Assembly: GCA_965263055.1 (NCBI GenBank)
Contig: OZ253581.1
Coordinates: forward strand, 204,337-268,336
Direction: 5' to 3'
Length of the DNA stretch: 64,000 bases
Source of the DNA: Vicinamibacterales bacterium
GTDB lineage: Bacteria > Acidobacteriota > Vicinamibacteria > Vicinamibacterales > UBA8438
Position 1 is the first letter of the stretch; every line of letters begins with the position of its first letter. Of the stretch, positions 8,746 through 20,331 are shown piece after piece. Under the pieces are notes generated by a model. That model had not been told where the DNA came from. It saw only the letters and a program-made list of their open reading frames with translations, and made no database searches. Made by a program: the position numbers and the translations under genes.

Positions 8746-10376
8746 GTCTCGGGCGGAGCGGACATTCTCCCGGTGATGCCCGTCGGGCGTTTCGGGCTGG
8801 ACGCAGGGAGCGGAGCGACCGGAGTCCTGGCCAAGACGCGCCGCGAAGCTGCGGAGCCGGCGGTCACGTTGCGACTCCCTCACGCTGTTCGTCCGACGCT
8901 GTCCTCAGCCAGTGCTGATGCTCCCGCATCCGGTAGCTGTTGCCCCGTCCGCTGGAGAAGTCGTGGGGCAGGACGTGTTCGCCCGGCTGCCACGGTTTCC
9001 GACGCGATTAGCTAGTAACCTGTTGATACCATGTGCTTTACGGTATTCTCCGCCGGCGGTTTCCCTCGTTGCATCCCCCGTTCAGCATCGGATTCCAGCG
9101 GACGACAGGCACCCTCCCGGGCCGGCGGTGCGCGTTCTCCGGCCTGAGAATCGGCACCCTGATGCCCAAAACCGGCCGCCGGCAGTAGCGCGGCGATGAA
9201 CTTCCGGAGGTATTGACGCCCCTATATGTCAAGACAAGCGTTTAGGCTGCCTGCGTGACGTGTCTGCGCATGCGGAAGTCTGCCATAACACGCTGGTAGA
9301 TTTCACGGGCGAGGAAGCGTTTGAGGCAGCGGATGATCTCGCGTCTGGTCCGGCCGCCAGCCGTCCGGCGGGCGACGTAGTCGACCGTCGGCTGGTGGAG
9401 TCGCATGCGGACGACGACCGTGCGATGGAGGGCGGCGTTCGCTTGTCGGTGCCCGCCCCGATAGAGACGATGCCGGCCGGTCGTCATCCCGGACGAAGCC
9501 GGGATCGGACAGGCCCCGCACAGCTTCGCAAAGGCGGCTTCTGAGCGAATCCGGTCGGGGTTGTCGCCGAAGATGATCAGCATCTGGGCGGCCGTGTGGG
9601 CGCCGACACCGAAGCCCTCCAAGAGCGTGGGCGCCGCCTCGGTCGTGAGGCGGGTGAGGTGCTGGTCGTGCGTCGCGATTTCCTCAGCCAGGGCAAGCCA
9701 GCGACGGGCAAGCGCCCGGAGGGTGTGCTTGGCGGCTGCGGTGGGCGTGTCGAGCGGGCCCGATCGGAGGGCGGCGCAGCGCGTGAGCAGACGGTGATCG
9801 GTGAGGGCGTGGAGGGCTTCTCGCAGGTGGGGTGGCGCATTCACGACGATCTGCTTCAGCGTGACCATCGCCGCGGTGCGTGCTTTCCCGGCCGTATCCC
9901 GCGCGATCTTGAGCTGCCGGATCATCTCGACGACACCGTCTGTTTGGCGTCAAGTACTTCTGCCGCTCAACGACAACTATTCTTGCCGGCTCGGACGGGT
10001 GCTCCCTGGGACCACGCACGCGGGTGGCCGGACGGGTGGCCCCGCTGGCGTTCAGGCCGTTCGCTGGGCGTTGCTGCGGGTTCTGAAGAAGCAGAAGACC
10101 AAACGGAGTGAACGTCCGCTTGGGGACGTTCACGTAGTGCGGTAGCCGAGCGCGCGGCTACCGAGGGATCGGCTGCTGGCCACTACGCGAGGAGCGGTGT
10201 GCCCGCCGAGGACGGCTGGACGGATCGTCGTCGGGGCCCGTGCCTGTATCCGTTGACGTTCGCCGGCGGCGTGGCGGGTCATGGCCGGGATGGAGATGAC
10301 GCGCGAAAGAGCCTGCGGGAAGATGTGCGCCGTGAACGTCGCCGCCGAAGCGGTGATCGATTCCGGAGGGAAACGC

Positions 10377-11198
10377 TCAGGAGGTCGCAGGTCGGCGACG
10401 CCGCGGCAGCAACGGACCTGGTGGTCGTCCACGAGGCGCGGGCGGTGGTGACGGTGGCGGCGACGTCGGCCGCGACGGGTCCGTTCGAAAGCTCGGCACG
10501 TCGAACTCGAGCAGCACCGAGTGGTGCACCAGGCGGTCGATCGCCGCGGCGGTGGCCATCTGGTCGCGGAAGATCCGGTCCCACTGGCTGAAGACCAGGT
10601 TGCTGGTCACCATCACCGAGCGGCGCTCGTAGCGCTCGGCGAGCAGCGTGAACAACACCTCGGCTTCGTCGGGACTCTGCTGCACGTAGCCCAGATCGTC
10701 GAGCAGAATCGCCTCAAAGAGGTCGAGCTTGCGGAGTGCGCGGGGCAGGTCGAGGTCGCGTTTGGCGGCGAGCATTTCCTGGACCAGGGCGTAGGCCGGC
10801 ACGCACAACACGCTGTGACCGGCCTCGACCAGGGCGTGCGCGACGGCGCTCAGCGCATGGCTCTTGCCGACACCCGGCAGACCGAAGGCGAGCACGTTGG
10901 TCGCTGTCTCGAGAAACGCCCCGGTGGCCAGCGTCCTCAACTGCTGCACGACCGGCGCCGGCAGCCTTCCGGTGTCGAGCGTCTCGAACGTCTTGCCGGG
11001 CGGCAGACGCGAGGTCCGTCGCAGCCGGGCAATCCGGCGCTGGCGTCGCGCCTCGGCTTCGGCCTCGAACACTTCCAGCAGCACCGGCAGCGTGTCGTAG
11101 TGTCCGGCCTGCGTCAGTCGCGGGACGAGCTCCTCGGCCGCCGTCGTCAGATTGAACTGTGTCAGCAGCGTCGTCACCTGCTCGCTCGGCACCGTCAT
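10377..11198 (-). CDS. istB: IS21 helper ATPase IstB
   Basis: GLPGVGKSH Walker A, LLDDLGY, AERYERRSVMVTSNL, IDRLVHH; ATGA overlap with istA. Confidence 0.95.
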   Translation of the reverse strand: MTVPSEQVTTLLTQFNLTTAAEELVPRLTQAGHYDTLPVLLEVFEAEAEARRQRRIARLRRTSRLPPGKTFETLDTGRLPAPVVQQLRTLATGAFLETATNVLAFGLPGVGKSHALSAVAHALVEAGHSVLCVPAYALVQEMLAAKRDLDLPRALRKLDLFEAILLDDLGYVQQSPDEAEVLFTLLAERYERRSVMVTSNLVFSQWDRIFRDQMATAAAIDRLVHHSVLLEFDVPSFRTDPSRPTSPPPSPPPAPRGRPPGPLLPRRRRPATS

Positions 11199-12682
11199 CC
11201 GCGCAGACCTCCGGTCAACAGCGCGTCGTACCGCGCCAGATCCGGGCGCGGTATGTGCACCACCGGGACGGTCGGGACTGGCGGCCGCACCTCGGCCTGG
11301 ACGCTGGCGTAGTCGCACGTGTCGCCGGCGTCGAGTCGAGCGCGAAGCGTCGCCTCGACCTGACGCTCGCTGGTCGTGGCGGCCAGGTGCAGCAGCCGCA
11401 CATACTCGACGTCGGCCCGCTCGCCATGCGTCCGGCCTAGCGCGTCGTACACCGCGCGGAACGTCAGCGACGGGAACAGCTCCTCCCGGAAGCGATACCG
11501 TGCAAAGGCACCCGGCTTGCGGACCAAGCTCGCGATGATGTGGCGATAGTCGATCCGGTGGTCCGCCGCACCCCGCAGCCGCGGCATCGTGCACAGCACC
11601 CGGCCGCCGTAGAGAACCTCGACCGTCGACGGATGCTGCCGCGCCTCGACCGTGTGGCCGATCAACCGCGACGGCACCGAGTAGATCCGGCTGCCGATCC
11701 GAATCGTGCTCCACTTGCGCACCCGGCACTGGAACGTCGTGTACTCGGGGATGCGAGCCGTCGGCAACGGCTGCAGATACAAACGCTCCTCGGCCAACCG
11801 TGCCGCCGCCGGCCTATTCCGCTCCTCGTCGAGGACCGCCCGCACGAAGCGCAGGTACGCCGACTCGTCCGCGAAATCTCTGTCGCCCCGCAGCAGCAAC
11901 GCTTGCTCGATGGCCGTCTTCGTCCGGAAGTGTGCCTGCTCGGCCACGCCGTTCTCGTGCGGTTTCCCCGGCTGGATCCGCGACGAGCGCAGCCCGTAGT
12001 GGTCCATCACCTGCTGAAACCGCGCCGTCAGCTGGCGCCCACCGCTACGCTTCAGCTCGTGCGTCGCCGCCGACAGGTTGTCGTGTCGCAGCACTGCCGG
12101 GACCGCGCCCAGCATCCACAACGCGCCCTGCAGGCCCGACACCAACGCCTCGAACGTCTCGCTCAGCGCCAGCCCCACATACGTCCACTTGCTGTAGCTC
12201 AGCACCCACTCGAACAGCAGATGCGGGAACGCCACGCCCCGTATCGTCACGCCCAGGTCGCTCGCGTCGGTGAAGTCGAACGCCGCTTCCCGACCCGGAA
12301 CCGCCACCTGCTCGAAGTACACCTCGCGGTCCGGGCCGTACTGCACCCGCCAATCGCGGACCCGCCGCTGTAGCGTCCGTAGCTGCCCCGCCTGAAAGCG
12401 ACCCGGATGCCGTCGGCACAGCACTTTGAACAGCGTCAGCGCCTGCAGCCGGCCGTCGGTATCGGCCACCAGCTGCGGCACGACCTCCGACTGCCACACA
12501 TCGGCGAACGGGTCCTCCCGCGTCCGCCACGTCCGCGGCGCCTTCGCCGTCGACGGCAACGCCCCGCGCTGCCACGTGCGCGCCGTCCGCTCGCTCATCC
12601 CGGCCGCCGCCGCCGCTGCCGCCAATGTCTTTCCGGACATCCGTTTCTCGCGCAATCGCCGAACCTGTGCATTCGTGACCAA
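11195..12682 (-). CDS. istA: IS21 transposase IstA
   Basis: WRTREDPFADVW, PGREAAFDFT, HDNLSAA, PHENGVAE; TTG start after GGAGG. Confidence 0.95.
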   Translation of the reverse strand: MVTNAQVRRLREKRMSGKTLAAAAAAAGMSERTARTWQRGALPSTAKAPRTWRTREDPFADVWQSEVVPQLVADTDGRLQALTLFKVLCRRHPGRFQAGQLRTLQRRVRDWRVQYGPDREVYFEQVAVPGREAAFDFTDASDLGVTIRGVAFPHLLFEWVLSYSKWTYVGLALSETFEALVSGLQGALWMLGAVPAVLRHDNLSAATHELKRSGGRQLTARFQQVMDHYGLRSSRIQPGKPHENGVAEQAHFRTKTAIEQALLLRGDRDFADESAYLRFVRAVLDEERNRPAAARLAEERLYLQPLPTARIPEYTTFQCRVRKWSTIRIGSRIYSVPSRLIGHTVEARQHPSTVEVLYGGRVLCTMPRLRGAADHRIDYRHIIASLVRKPGAFARYRFREELFPSLTFRAVYDALGRTHGERADVEYVRLLHLAATTSERQVEATLRARLDAGDTCDYASVQAEVRPPVPTVPVVHIPRPDLARYDALLTGGLRG

Positions 12683-13417
12683 CCCGTCCTCCGCAAGGAA
12701 AACGGACAGTCTCACACGCTGCCACCATCACCCATGAACCGGCCAATCCCGTCCTCGGCAACCGGCAAAAATAATTGTCGTTGATCACCGTCCCCGGTTT
12801 TGGGGGTCGCGGTCGCTTGGCCCGCCAACACGGACCGGGCGGCGCTCTCGGCATCGACGGTGTCGGACTTGCCGACGGCGCGGCGCGTGTGCCGGTCTCC
12901 CCGATTCACTTCGACGACACGATGCCCCGCGCGGCGGACCGCGCGGGCCAGGCCGGCGCCATAGCTACCGGTGCCCTCGATGCCAAACGCCTTGATCCGC
13001 CCGTGGGTGTCGGCCCACGTGATCAGCGCCCGATACCCGCCCGAGTCGGCGACGAAGGATTGATCGCCGAGGCGGATCCCTCGGGTGTCGATCGCCACCG
13101 CGACGTGGACATGCTTGTGGGTGTCAACGCCGACGATTACCGTCCGAGCCTCGGGCTGGATCAGTATGCTGGTGGTCACGGGTGGCCTCCTCGGGTTACG
13201 GTCCGCTAGCTGACCCGGGGTGGGCGGACAGGACTGTGACGGGCCATGGGTGCAGGCAGGCCCCTATCGGGTCACGGCCCATCCGGGCAGCTGGCTTCCA
13301 TCGGATGCGCCGGGGGGCAATGACCGACAGGTCAATAGCAAGGACCCTAGGTCAGTCAGGTTGTGGGTCAGGCCACCACCCACCGGCACCCACCAGTGTC
13401 ACTCAATGACCCCGACA

Positions 13418-14238
13418 GGCATCGGGATGATGCTCACAGTCAGGTTGAGGCGACGAGTGGCAGAGTAGGCCGATGAGGAGCCAGTCGGCCAGCTATCACG
13501 GATATCGATTCCCGCCCGACATCATCAGCCACGCGGTCTGGCTCTACCATCGGTTCTGCCTCAGCTTCCGCGATGCCGAAGATCTCCTCGCGCAGCGAGG
13601 CGTGACGGCCACCTACAAGACGATTCGGCACTGGTGCCAGCGGTTCGGTCCGGTCTACGCGCGGCGGCTGCGGCGCCGCCGCGGTCGGATGGGAGACACC
13701 TGGCATCTCGACGAGGTGTTCGTCACGATCCAGGGTCGCCAACAGTATCTGTGGCGCGCGGTCGACGAGGACGGTGACGTCCTGGACATCCTCGTGCAAT
13801 CGCACCGGAATCGGCGAGCAGCCGTCCGATTCTTTCGGACGCTGCTGAAAGCCCAGGGCCGTATCCCTCGACGACTGATCACCGACCAGCTGCGCTCCTA
13901 CGCCGCCGCGGGCCGCACCGTGATGCCGTCCGTGGTCCACGTCACTGATCAGTACGCGAACAATCGAGCCGAGGTCTCCCACCAACCGACGCGTCAGCGG
14001 GAGCGCCAGATGCGGCGTTTCACGTCGGCCGCTCAGCTCCAACGGTTCGCGTCGGTTCACGGTATCGTGCACAATCTCTTCCGAGTCAGTCGACACCTCC
14101 TGCGGTCGGCTCAGCACCGCCTGCTCCGCACCCCCGCGTTCGTTGAATGGGATGCGGTGACGTGCGCCTGCTGAAAACGATCGAGAGCGTCCATTTCACG
14201 GGGCAAGAGCGCGCTGCCCTCGACAAGTTGACAATCCC
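13418..14238 (+). mobile_element. IS6-family element, transposase at 13473-14174
   Basis: YHGYRFPPDIISHAVWLY, WHLDEVFV, YLWRAVD, ITDQLRSY, NNRAEVSHQPTR; right end AAGTTGACAATCCC. Confidence 0.9.
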
Positions 14239-14995
14239 GCGCGGGCTGAGTGACGGCCTCAGAACCTGGACGCTTGTGCGATGAAGAAGATTCTTGTGGG
14301 CACTGCGGCCTTCGGGTGTATAAAGGGGCCATCCGGGGCAGGCAAAACGGAAATTCCGCTGCAATGCTCTCCCCCGCCGCCAGATAATGCTCGCCGAATG
14401 GATCCCGTCCAGCACGACTTCATCGAGCGGTGTCGCGTGCCACGTGCCCCCCCAAGATGGTCAACCGGTAACACACGGCTTTTCGGCGTCACTTTCGCCC
14501 GGGTTCAGACGGACTGTTTCGGTATGCCGCAACTCCTGACTCCACGCGCGGTCGCGAGTCCAGACCCGGCCCGATACCTGCTTACGACTGCGTCTCTGCA
14601 ACGCACCGGCCCACGCGACCCCCGCTACCTCGGCTACGCCACTTCTGCTTGCTCCAACCCTGGCTACCAGATCTCCGACCCGCTCCTGGCTTCGGACGAC
14701 CTCGATAGCAACATCCTTGACTACGACCCCGTGCGCCCGGCCGAGTACGAGTGCCACGGCCCATCTGTCCTGAAGCAGGTTCAGGGGCGGAAGGCAACCT
14801 GTGGCCCTTAGGTTCAACAATCGCCGGTACGTCGGCGGGCTAGAAGACTCCCTCCATGGCTTCAACCTCGGAGGGAAGTGGCTTCCGCTCGTCTGGCCTT
14901 CGTGTCTTGCTGGGACTTAGGAATCGCCGTTTCACAACCTAACAGTCTAACGGGTTTGTTCCTGAGGTCGCAGTCGCGCGACCGAAAGCACACAA

Positions 14996-15135
14996 TGAGT
15001 GATATGACATTGGTAGAGGTACGCACACGGCATTCACGGCAGCGTCTTGACCAACTTCGCGAAAAACTTCAGAGGATCGAGGTTCTTAAAGACTGTCCGA
15101 CCCTGACCGTGTATGGGGTGGGTTCGTACGCCCGA
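14996..15135 (+). pseudogene. N-terminal fragment of a pol-beta-like nucleotidyltransferase truncated by IS1634
   Basis: MSDMTL..LTVYGVGSYARL ends exactly at the IS terminus; lower GC. Confidence 0.5.
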
Positions 15136-17109
15136 CTAGACCGAAGTTTCAGAGCTGATCGCGTATAAGTCACTGTATTTCGGGCGGTTATAGGATTTCA
15201 AGGGGTGTCGTTAATGGCTACATTCGCGGCGACACCCCCAGCAGTTCGAAGCAGCGCTGCTGCACCTCAGTCGGCTGTGTCTGCAAGGGGAATCTGGCGC
15301 CGGTGTCGGCTACCTGCATCGTGTTGACGGTCAGCGTCCCCAGGTCGGTGAGCAGCGTGCGGAAGCTGTGCACGGGCAGGTCGTCTGCGGTCCGCTTGCG
15401 GGATGCCTTGGCCAGGGCCGCCGGTGAGCGCTTGGCCGGCGCCACTACCGAGCGCCGCCGCTGTTCTCCCGCCTGCGGGTCATGGTCATCGAAGAGCAGC
15501 GGCGCCAGTTTCTGGCGCATGTGCCACTCGACGTAGTAGGCCAGCATGCAGAGCAGCACATGCGCGCGCACCCGGTCAGCCCGCCGGTGGTGTAGTGGCC
15601 GCACCTTCAGGTCCACGGACTTGAGGCTGCGGAAGGCCCGCTCGACCTTCGAGAGGTTCTTGTAGGCGCGCACGGTCTGCGTCGCGTCCATCTGCTGCGG
15701 CTCGACATTGGAGCGGACGATATAGAGTCCGTCGAGCGCCGCCTCGGTCGCGATCTTGTCTTCGTCGCGGCGGAAGGTGAAGGTGGTGTCGGTGATGGTA
15801 GTAATGCAGTGCTTGGCCACCTTGTGGCGGTCAATCACCTTGCCGACACGCACGCCGATGGCGGCCGCGCCGCGCAGCGGATTGTTCTTGCGCCGGGTCG
15901 CCGCCGCAATCGGTTCGAGGTCCGCTTCGGTGGCCGAGAGCAGCTCCTGCCGCTTGCGCCCCCGCGCGGCGGCCAGCAGCGGGTTGCGGCAGACGACGAG
16001 CCGCTCGCCGGGGAACTCGTCGCTGGTGATTTCGGCCAGGTCGCGTTGGTCGAACAGCGACGGCGTTACCTTCCCGGCATCGACCAGCTTGCGAATGGTC
16101 GGCGCCCGCAGCGTGGTGATCCAGCGCAGTCCATCGACGCCTGCAAGGTCCTCACGGATGCGCGCCGCGGTCAGCATTCCCCGGTCGCCGACCAATACCA
16201 CCCGCTTGAGCCTGAAGCGCTGCCGGAGCTTGTCCACCTGACTGGCCACCGTGTTCGGGTCGCTCGTCGAGCCTTCGAATACCTCGACCGCCACCGGACA
16301 GCCCGTGGACGTGCACAGCAGGCCGAAGACGATCTGCAGGGTGCCCTTCTTGCCGTCGCGGCTGTGGCCGCGCCGGGCCAACGGGCAGTGACTGCCTTCC
16401 AGATAGCTGGACGTGAGGTCGTAGAGCACCAGCGTGTGGTCCTCAAGGTGCCGTTTGGCCAGGCGTTGCTCAATGGCTGCCTGGCGTTCGACCAGCCGGT
16501 CCATCGCCGCGTAGAGTTCGTGCTGGTCGACCGCACCAACTCGGAGCATCTCACCCAGTGTGGAGACGGCGCTCTCGGGGGCGAGGGCACGGGCCGTGGC
16601 CAGCTTCGACTGCGGGTCGATGACACGGGCGGCGATCAGGGCGACGGCAAGGTCACGCCAGCGCGAGGGTTGCCGGGCGAGCAGGGTGTGCAGGCCGAGT
16701 TGCTTGAGCGTGGAGAGCACCGCGGCGACGTGGCCGTGGGGCAGGCTGCGGACGCAAGTGAAGACGTCCTGGGGGTTGACGAGCGGCTCACCGCGGAGGA
16801 CGCGCCGCACGGCCTCGACGGCCTCGTACGGTAGTTTGGAAAGGTTGGCGAGCGTGCGCTTCTTGATACGGCCGCCTTCACGGTAGGACTCACGGAGGAG
16901 CACAGCGGGCGGGGACGAGCGGTTGGGCACACGCTCCACATACATGGTTACTTATTATACCAGAACACAAAACATATATGGGCATAACAACACCATAATA
17001 GGCGCTTATTACATGGCTACACATCGCGCCCAAAACCACGCCGATTGCCCTCTAAAACCCTGTAAACTCAATGAGTTGGCCGAAATCAGCCGCTGAAACT
17101 TCGGATTAG
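15136..17109 (-). mobile_element. IS1634-family element, transposase at 15218-16945
   Basis: MYVERVPNRSSPPAVLLRESYR, LYDLTSSY, VGDRGM, VERAFRSLK; IRs CTAGACCGAAGTTTCAG / CTGAAACTTCGGATTAG; no target duplication seen. Confidence 0.92.
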
Positions 17110-17174
17110 GGCTTAAGCTCTCTTCACCAACACTTGATGACGGAAGCACCGCGTTTCTTGGAACGGGGGACGAC

Positions 17175-19310
17175 ATGCACTCGAACTCGAACAGATCGTG
17201 GCGGTTGCTGAGCGCGGCCGCGGTGGGGCTGATGTTGACCGTCACGGCCGGGCAGGCCGAGGCGCAGGAGGTTAATCCGTGTGCCGAGCCCGCCAACTGG
17301 ATTATCGCCGAGAACTGCAAGCCAGGGAATCCGTCGACCGAGTGGGACATTAACGGCGCGGGTGACCTGACGATCCAGGGCTTCGCCACCGACATCAGCT
17401 ACAACTTTGGCGAGACGGCGCAGTTCAAGATCGACACCGACTCCGCGAACTACCGGATCGACATCTACCGAATGGGGTACTACGGAGGCGACGGGGCGCG
17501 CCGTGTGGCGACGGTCCGTCCGTCGGTATCGCTACCGCAGGAGCAGCCGCCGTGCGCGGTCGACTGGAGCGTGCGCTTGTACGACTGCGGGACGTGGGCA
17601 GTATCGGCGTCGTGGCCAATCCCTGAGGATGCCGTCTCGGGCGTCTACGTCGCCCGCCTCGTACGAGAGGACGGCGACGGCACCTGGCGGATGGACAACA
17701 GTCGCGCGGGGGGCCGGCCGCCAGAAGCGGCACCCCACGCGTACGGGGCACTGGGGCTGGGCCAACTGCGGAACCCGCTCGACGAACCGAGAGCGAGCCA
17801 CATCGTATTCGTGGTGCGGGATGATTCGAGCCGGTCCGACATCGTGATGCAGACATCCGATCCGACGTGGACCGCCTACAACTCGTATGGGCTCGGCAAC
17901 GTCTACAGCGGTCGAACCGTGACGGGCGAATCGGCGGGCCGTCCCATGCGCGCGTACAAGGTGAGCTTCAACCGGCCGGTGCAGAACCGAGACTTCAGCT
18001 CCGTGAACCAGCTCTTCAATGCGGAGTATCCGCTGCTGCGGTGGCTGGAACGAAACGGGTACGACGTGACGTATATTGCGGGCGTCGACACGCACCGCTA
18101 TGGGCACCTGTTGCAGAACCACAAGCTGTTCATCTCGATCGGACACGACGAGTACTGGTCGGCCGGGCAACGGCAGAACACCGAGGCCGCGCGGGATGCA
18201 GGCGTAAACCTGGCATTCCTGAGTGGGAACGAGGTCTTCTGGAAGACCCGATACGAGGCGAGCATCGACGGCACGGACACGCCGCACCGGACACTGGTCG
18301 TCTACAAGGAAACGCATAGTAGCCTGACGGAGCTGGGCGAGGTTCAGCCGACGGAGAAGATCGATCCCGTCGCAGATGTGTGGACAGGCACATGGCGCCA
18401 CGGGAGTCCTGCCAATCCGGAGGGCCCGCAGCCAGAGAATGCCCTGACGGGGACGATTTTCACGGTGAACGCGAATCGGCAGGATCCGCTGATCGTGCCG
18501 GCCGAGTACGGAAGGTTACGGTTCTGGCGGGACACCGAGGTGGCGCAGCTGGAGGAGGGCGCGCATGTGGCGCTCGCCAACGGATTCCTGGGCCATGAGT
18601 GGGACGAAGACCTGGACAACGGGTTCCGCCCGGCGGGGTTGATCCGCATGTCGGAGACGACGGTCGATGGCGTGAGATACCCGATGGACTGGGGATCTGT
18701 GTACGACTCAGGTACAGCGACACACGCGCTGACGCTGTATCGGGCACCCAGTGGGGCGTTGGTCTTTGGCTGCGGCTGTGTCCAGTACTCCTGGGGTCTC
18801 GACAACTTCCACGATCACCCGACGGCGGTGAGGGGTCGCGGTAATGGACGACCCGACCTCAACCTGAACCCGTACTCGCACCGCGTCGGCGTCGATCCGT
18901 ACGGACCGGAGACAGCAATCCAGCAGGCCACCGTGAACCTGTTCGCCGACATGGGACTTCAGCCGGCGAATTTGCAGTCAGATCTGGTTCGGGCGACCGC
19001 GTCGACCGATAAGGCTGCGCCGCAATCGCGGGTCGTGTCACCAGCTGGGGATGCCGAGGCCGTCACCGGCCCCATCGTGACGATCGCCGGTGCGGCGAGC
19101 GACGAGGGCGGTGGGGTCGTGGCGGGTATCGAGGTGTCGGTAGACGGGGGGATGACGTGGCATCGCGCGACGGGAGCCGAGCAGTGGAGCTACGACTGGC
19201 ACGTGCCAGACGGGGTCGGTATGGCGACCATTCTCAGTCGCGCCAGTGACGACAGTCTCAACCTCGAGGCGCCAGTGGGCGGCGTGACGGTCGCCCACGG
19301 GACCCCGTGA
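17175..19310 (+). CDS. Secreted N,N-dimethylformamidase beta-subunit-like domain protein with C-terminal Ig-like domain
   Basis: Signal peptide ending AEA; IIAENCKPG, IDIYRMGYYGG, TWTAYN, EYPLLRWLERNGYDVTY, SIGHDEYWS, NLAFLSGNEVFWK; GIEVSVDGGMTW. Confidence 0.8.
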   Translation: MHSNSNRSWRLLSAAAVGLMLTVTAGQAEAQEVNPCAEPANWIIAENCKPGNPSTEWDINGAGDLTIQGFATDISYNFGETAQFKIDTDSANYRIDIYRMGYYGGDGARRVATVRPSVSLPQEQPPCAVDWSVRLYDCGTWAVSASWPIPEDAVSGVYVARLVREDGDGTWRMDNSRAGGRPPEAAPHAYGALGLGQLRNPLDEPRASHIVFVVRDDSSRSDIVMQTSDPTWTAYNSYGLGNVYSGRTVTGESAGRPMRAYKVSFNRPVQNRDFSSVNQLFNAEYPLLRWLERNGYDVTYIAGVDTHRYGHLLQNHKLFISIGHDEYWSAGQRQNTEAARDAGVNLAFLSGNEVFWKTRYEASIDGTDTPHRTLVVYKETHSSLTELGEVQPTEKIDPVADVWTGTWRHGSPANPEGPQPENALTGTIFTVNANRQDPLIVPAEYGRLRFWRDTEVAQLEEGAHVALANGFLGHEWDEDLDNGFRPAGLIRMSETTVDGVRYPMDWGSVYDSGTATHALTLYRAPSGALVFGCGCVQYSWGLDNFHDHPTAVRGRGNGRPDLNLNPYSHRVGVDPYGPETAIQQATVNLFADMGLQPANLQSDLVRATASTDKAAPQSRVVSPAGDAEAVTGPIVTIAGAASDEGGGVVAGIEVSVDGGMTWHRATGAEQWSYDWHVPDGVGMATILSRASDDSLNLEAPVGGVTVAHGTP

Positions 19311-19520
19311 GGCGAGCTGACGAACGAGATGACATGTGGCGAGTGCAACACGTTGCACTACCCGAAGCGTTCGCACGGCTTCTGCGGCCTGCTAACCAGC
19401 CAGACGATCCCGACCACCCGTGAGGCTGCTGAAGCCCAGCAGAATGCGCACGTACGCGTTTCCAAGGTATTTCCGGGCAGCGAGTGCAGCTTCACTCTCC
19501 GCTCCCAACTAACCATTTGC

Positions 19521-20003
19521 TTATTTCTTCGCGGCCCCTTTTACGGCCTCTTCGAGGGCGCGGGCGCCGGCTAGGATGTTGGGCACCGAATGGTTGCCCT
19601 CGTGACACGCGTACTCGTAGAGCGGATGCTCGCTCCGGACCATATCAATCTCCGCCGACCAGGGCGCCACGAACCACGACGGATCCTCAACTGTGAACTG
19701 GTACAAGAGCATGCCCCCGTCCGCGAGCGTGAAGCGCTCGATCAGACGCATGTCTTGCCCGGCCGGCCGATCGTTTGCGAAGTCCGATACCATCGTTTCG
19801 AAGTTCGTCGTCTCAACGACTAGCGTATCGTCCTCCCAACGGCCACGCGAATCGCCCAGCCACTGACGGATGGCGGACGGCGCATGGGGACTCCCGTCCA
19901 GCGGGATGATGCGTGCACTGTGGATCATCTCGTTGACCAGTACTACGGAGTCCGGTGTCTGGAGCACCTGCACGTTCGCGTTGTAGCTGCGCCCGCTCAT
20001 CGG
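19521..20003 (-). pseudogene. C-terminal part of a conserved Acidobacteria-type secreted hypothetical protein, truncated by IS3
   Basis: YNANVQVLQTPD..RIIPLDG..WLGDSRGRWEDDTLVVETTNF..YEYACHEGN; IS3 IR abuts the 5' side. Confidence 0.7.
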
Positions 20004-20005
20004 AG

Positions 20006-20331
20006 TGAACCGTACCGGGATCGTCGGAGACCGAATTCGTTGAATCAGGCCACCGCAGCCTGCTCATAGTACTGCGCCTCGAACTCTGCTGGTGGAATGT
20101 CCCCGAGCGGCCCCAACAGTCGTCGTGTGTTGAACCAGTCCACCCACGTCAAGGTGGCGAACTCCACGGCCTCGAGGGTGCGCCACGGGCCCTTCCGTCG
20201 AATCACCTCCGTCTTGTACACGCCGATCACCGATTCGGCGAGGGCATTGTCATAGGCATCGCCTTGGCTGCCGACCGACGGCGCGATGCCGGCGTCCACG
20301 AGGCGATCCGTGTACCGCATCGAGAGATATT
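20006..20331 (-). mobile_element. IS3-family remnant (integrase core C-terminus plus IR)
   Basis: QYLSMRYTDRL..SVGSQGDAYDNALAES..GPWRTLEAVEFAT; TGAACCGTACCGGGATCGTCGGAGAC end. Confidence 0.88.

Larger units (their letters stand above)
9941..12787 (-). mobile_element. Complete IS21-family element with 5-bp target duplication CCGTC
   Basis: TG..CA termini; repeated TCAACGACAAyTATTyTTGCCGG motif at both ends; CCGTC at 9936-9940 and 12788-12792. Confidence 0.92.
9214..13410 (-). mobile_element. IS110-family element (~1.35 kb net) interrupted by an IS21 element
   Basis: N-terminal part 13179-12788 (GVDTHK, GIEGTGSYG, GKSDTVDA); C-terminal part 9935-9242 (PIPASSG, GGHRQANAAL); rejoins as KTGDGVVEMI; ~230-bp noncoding 5' end; 3' end TTGACATATAGGGGCGTCA. 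Confidence 0.9.

Noticed and set aside
14240-14990. ORFs 14281-14811 and 14461-14865
   Set aside because: No recognisable motif; probably a decayed gene, but I cannot assign it.
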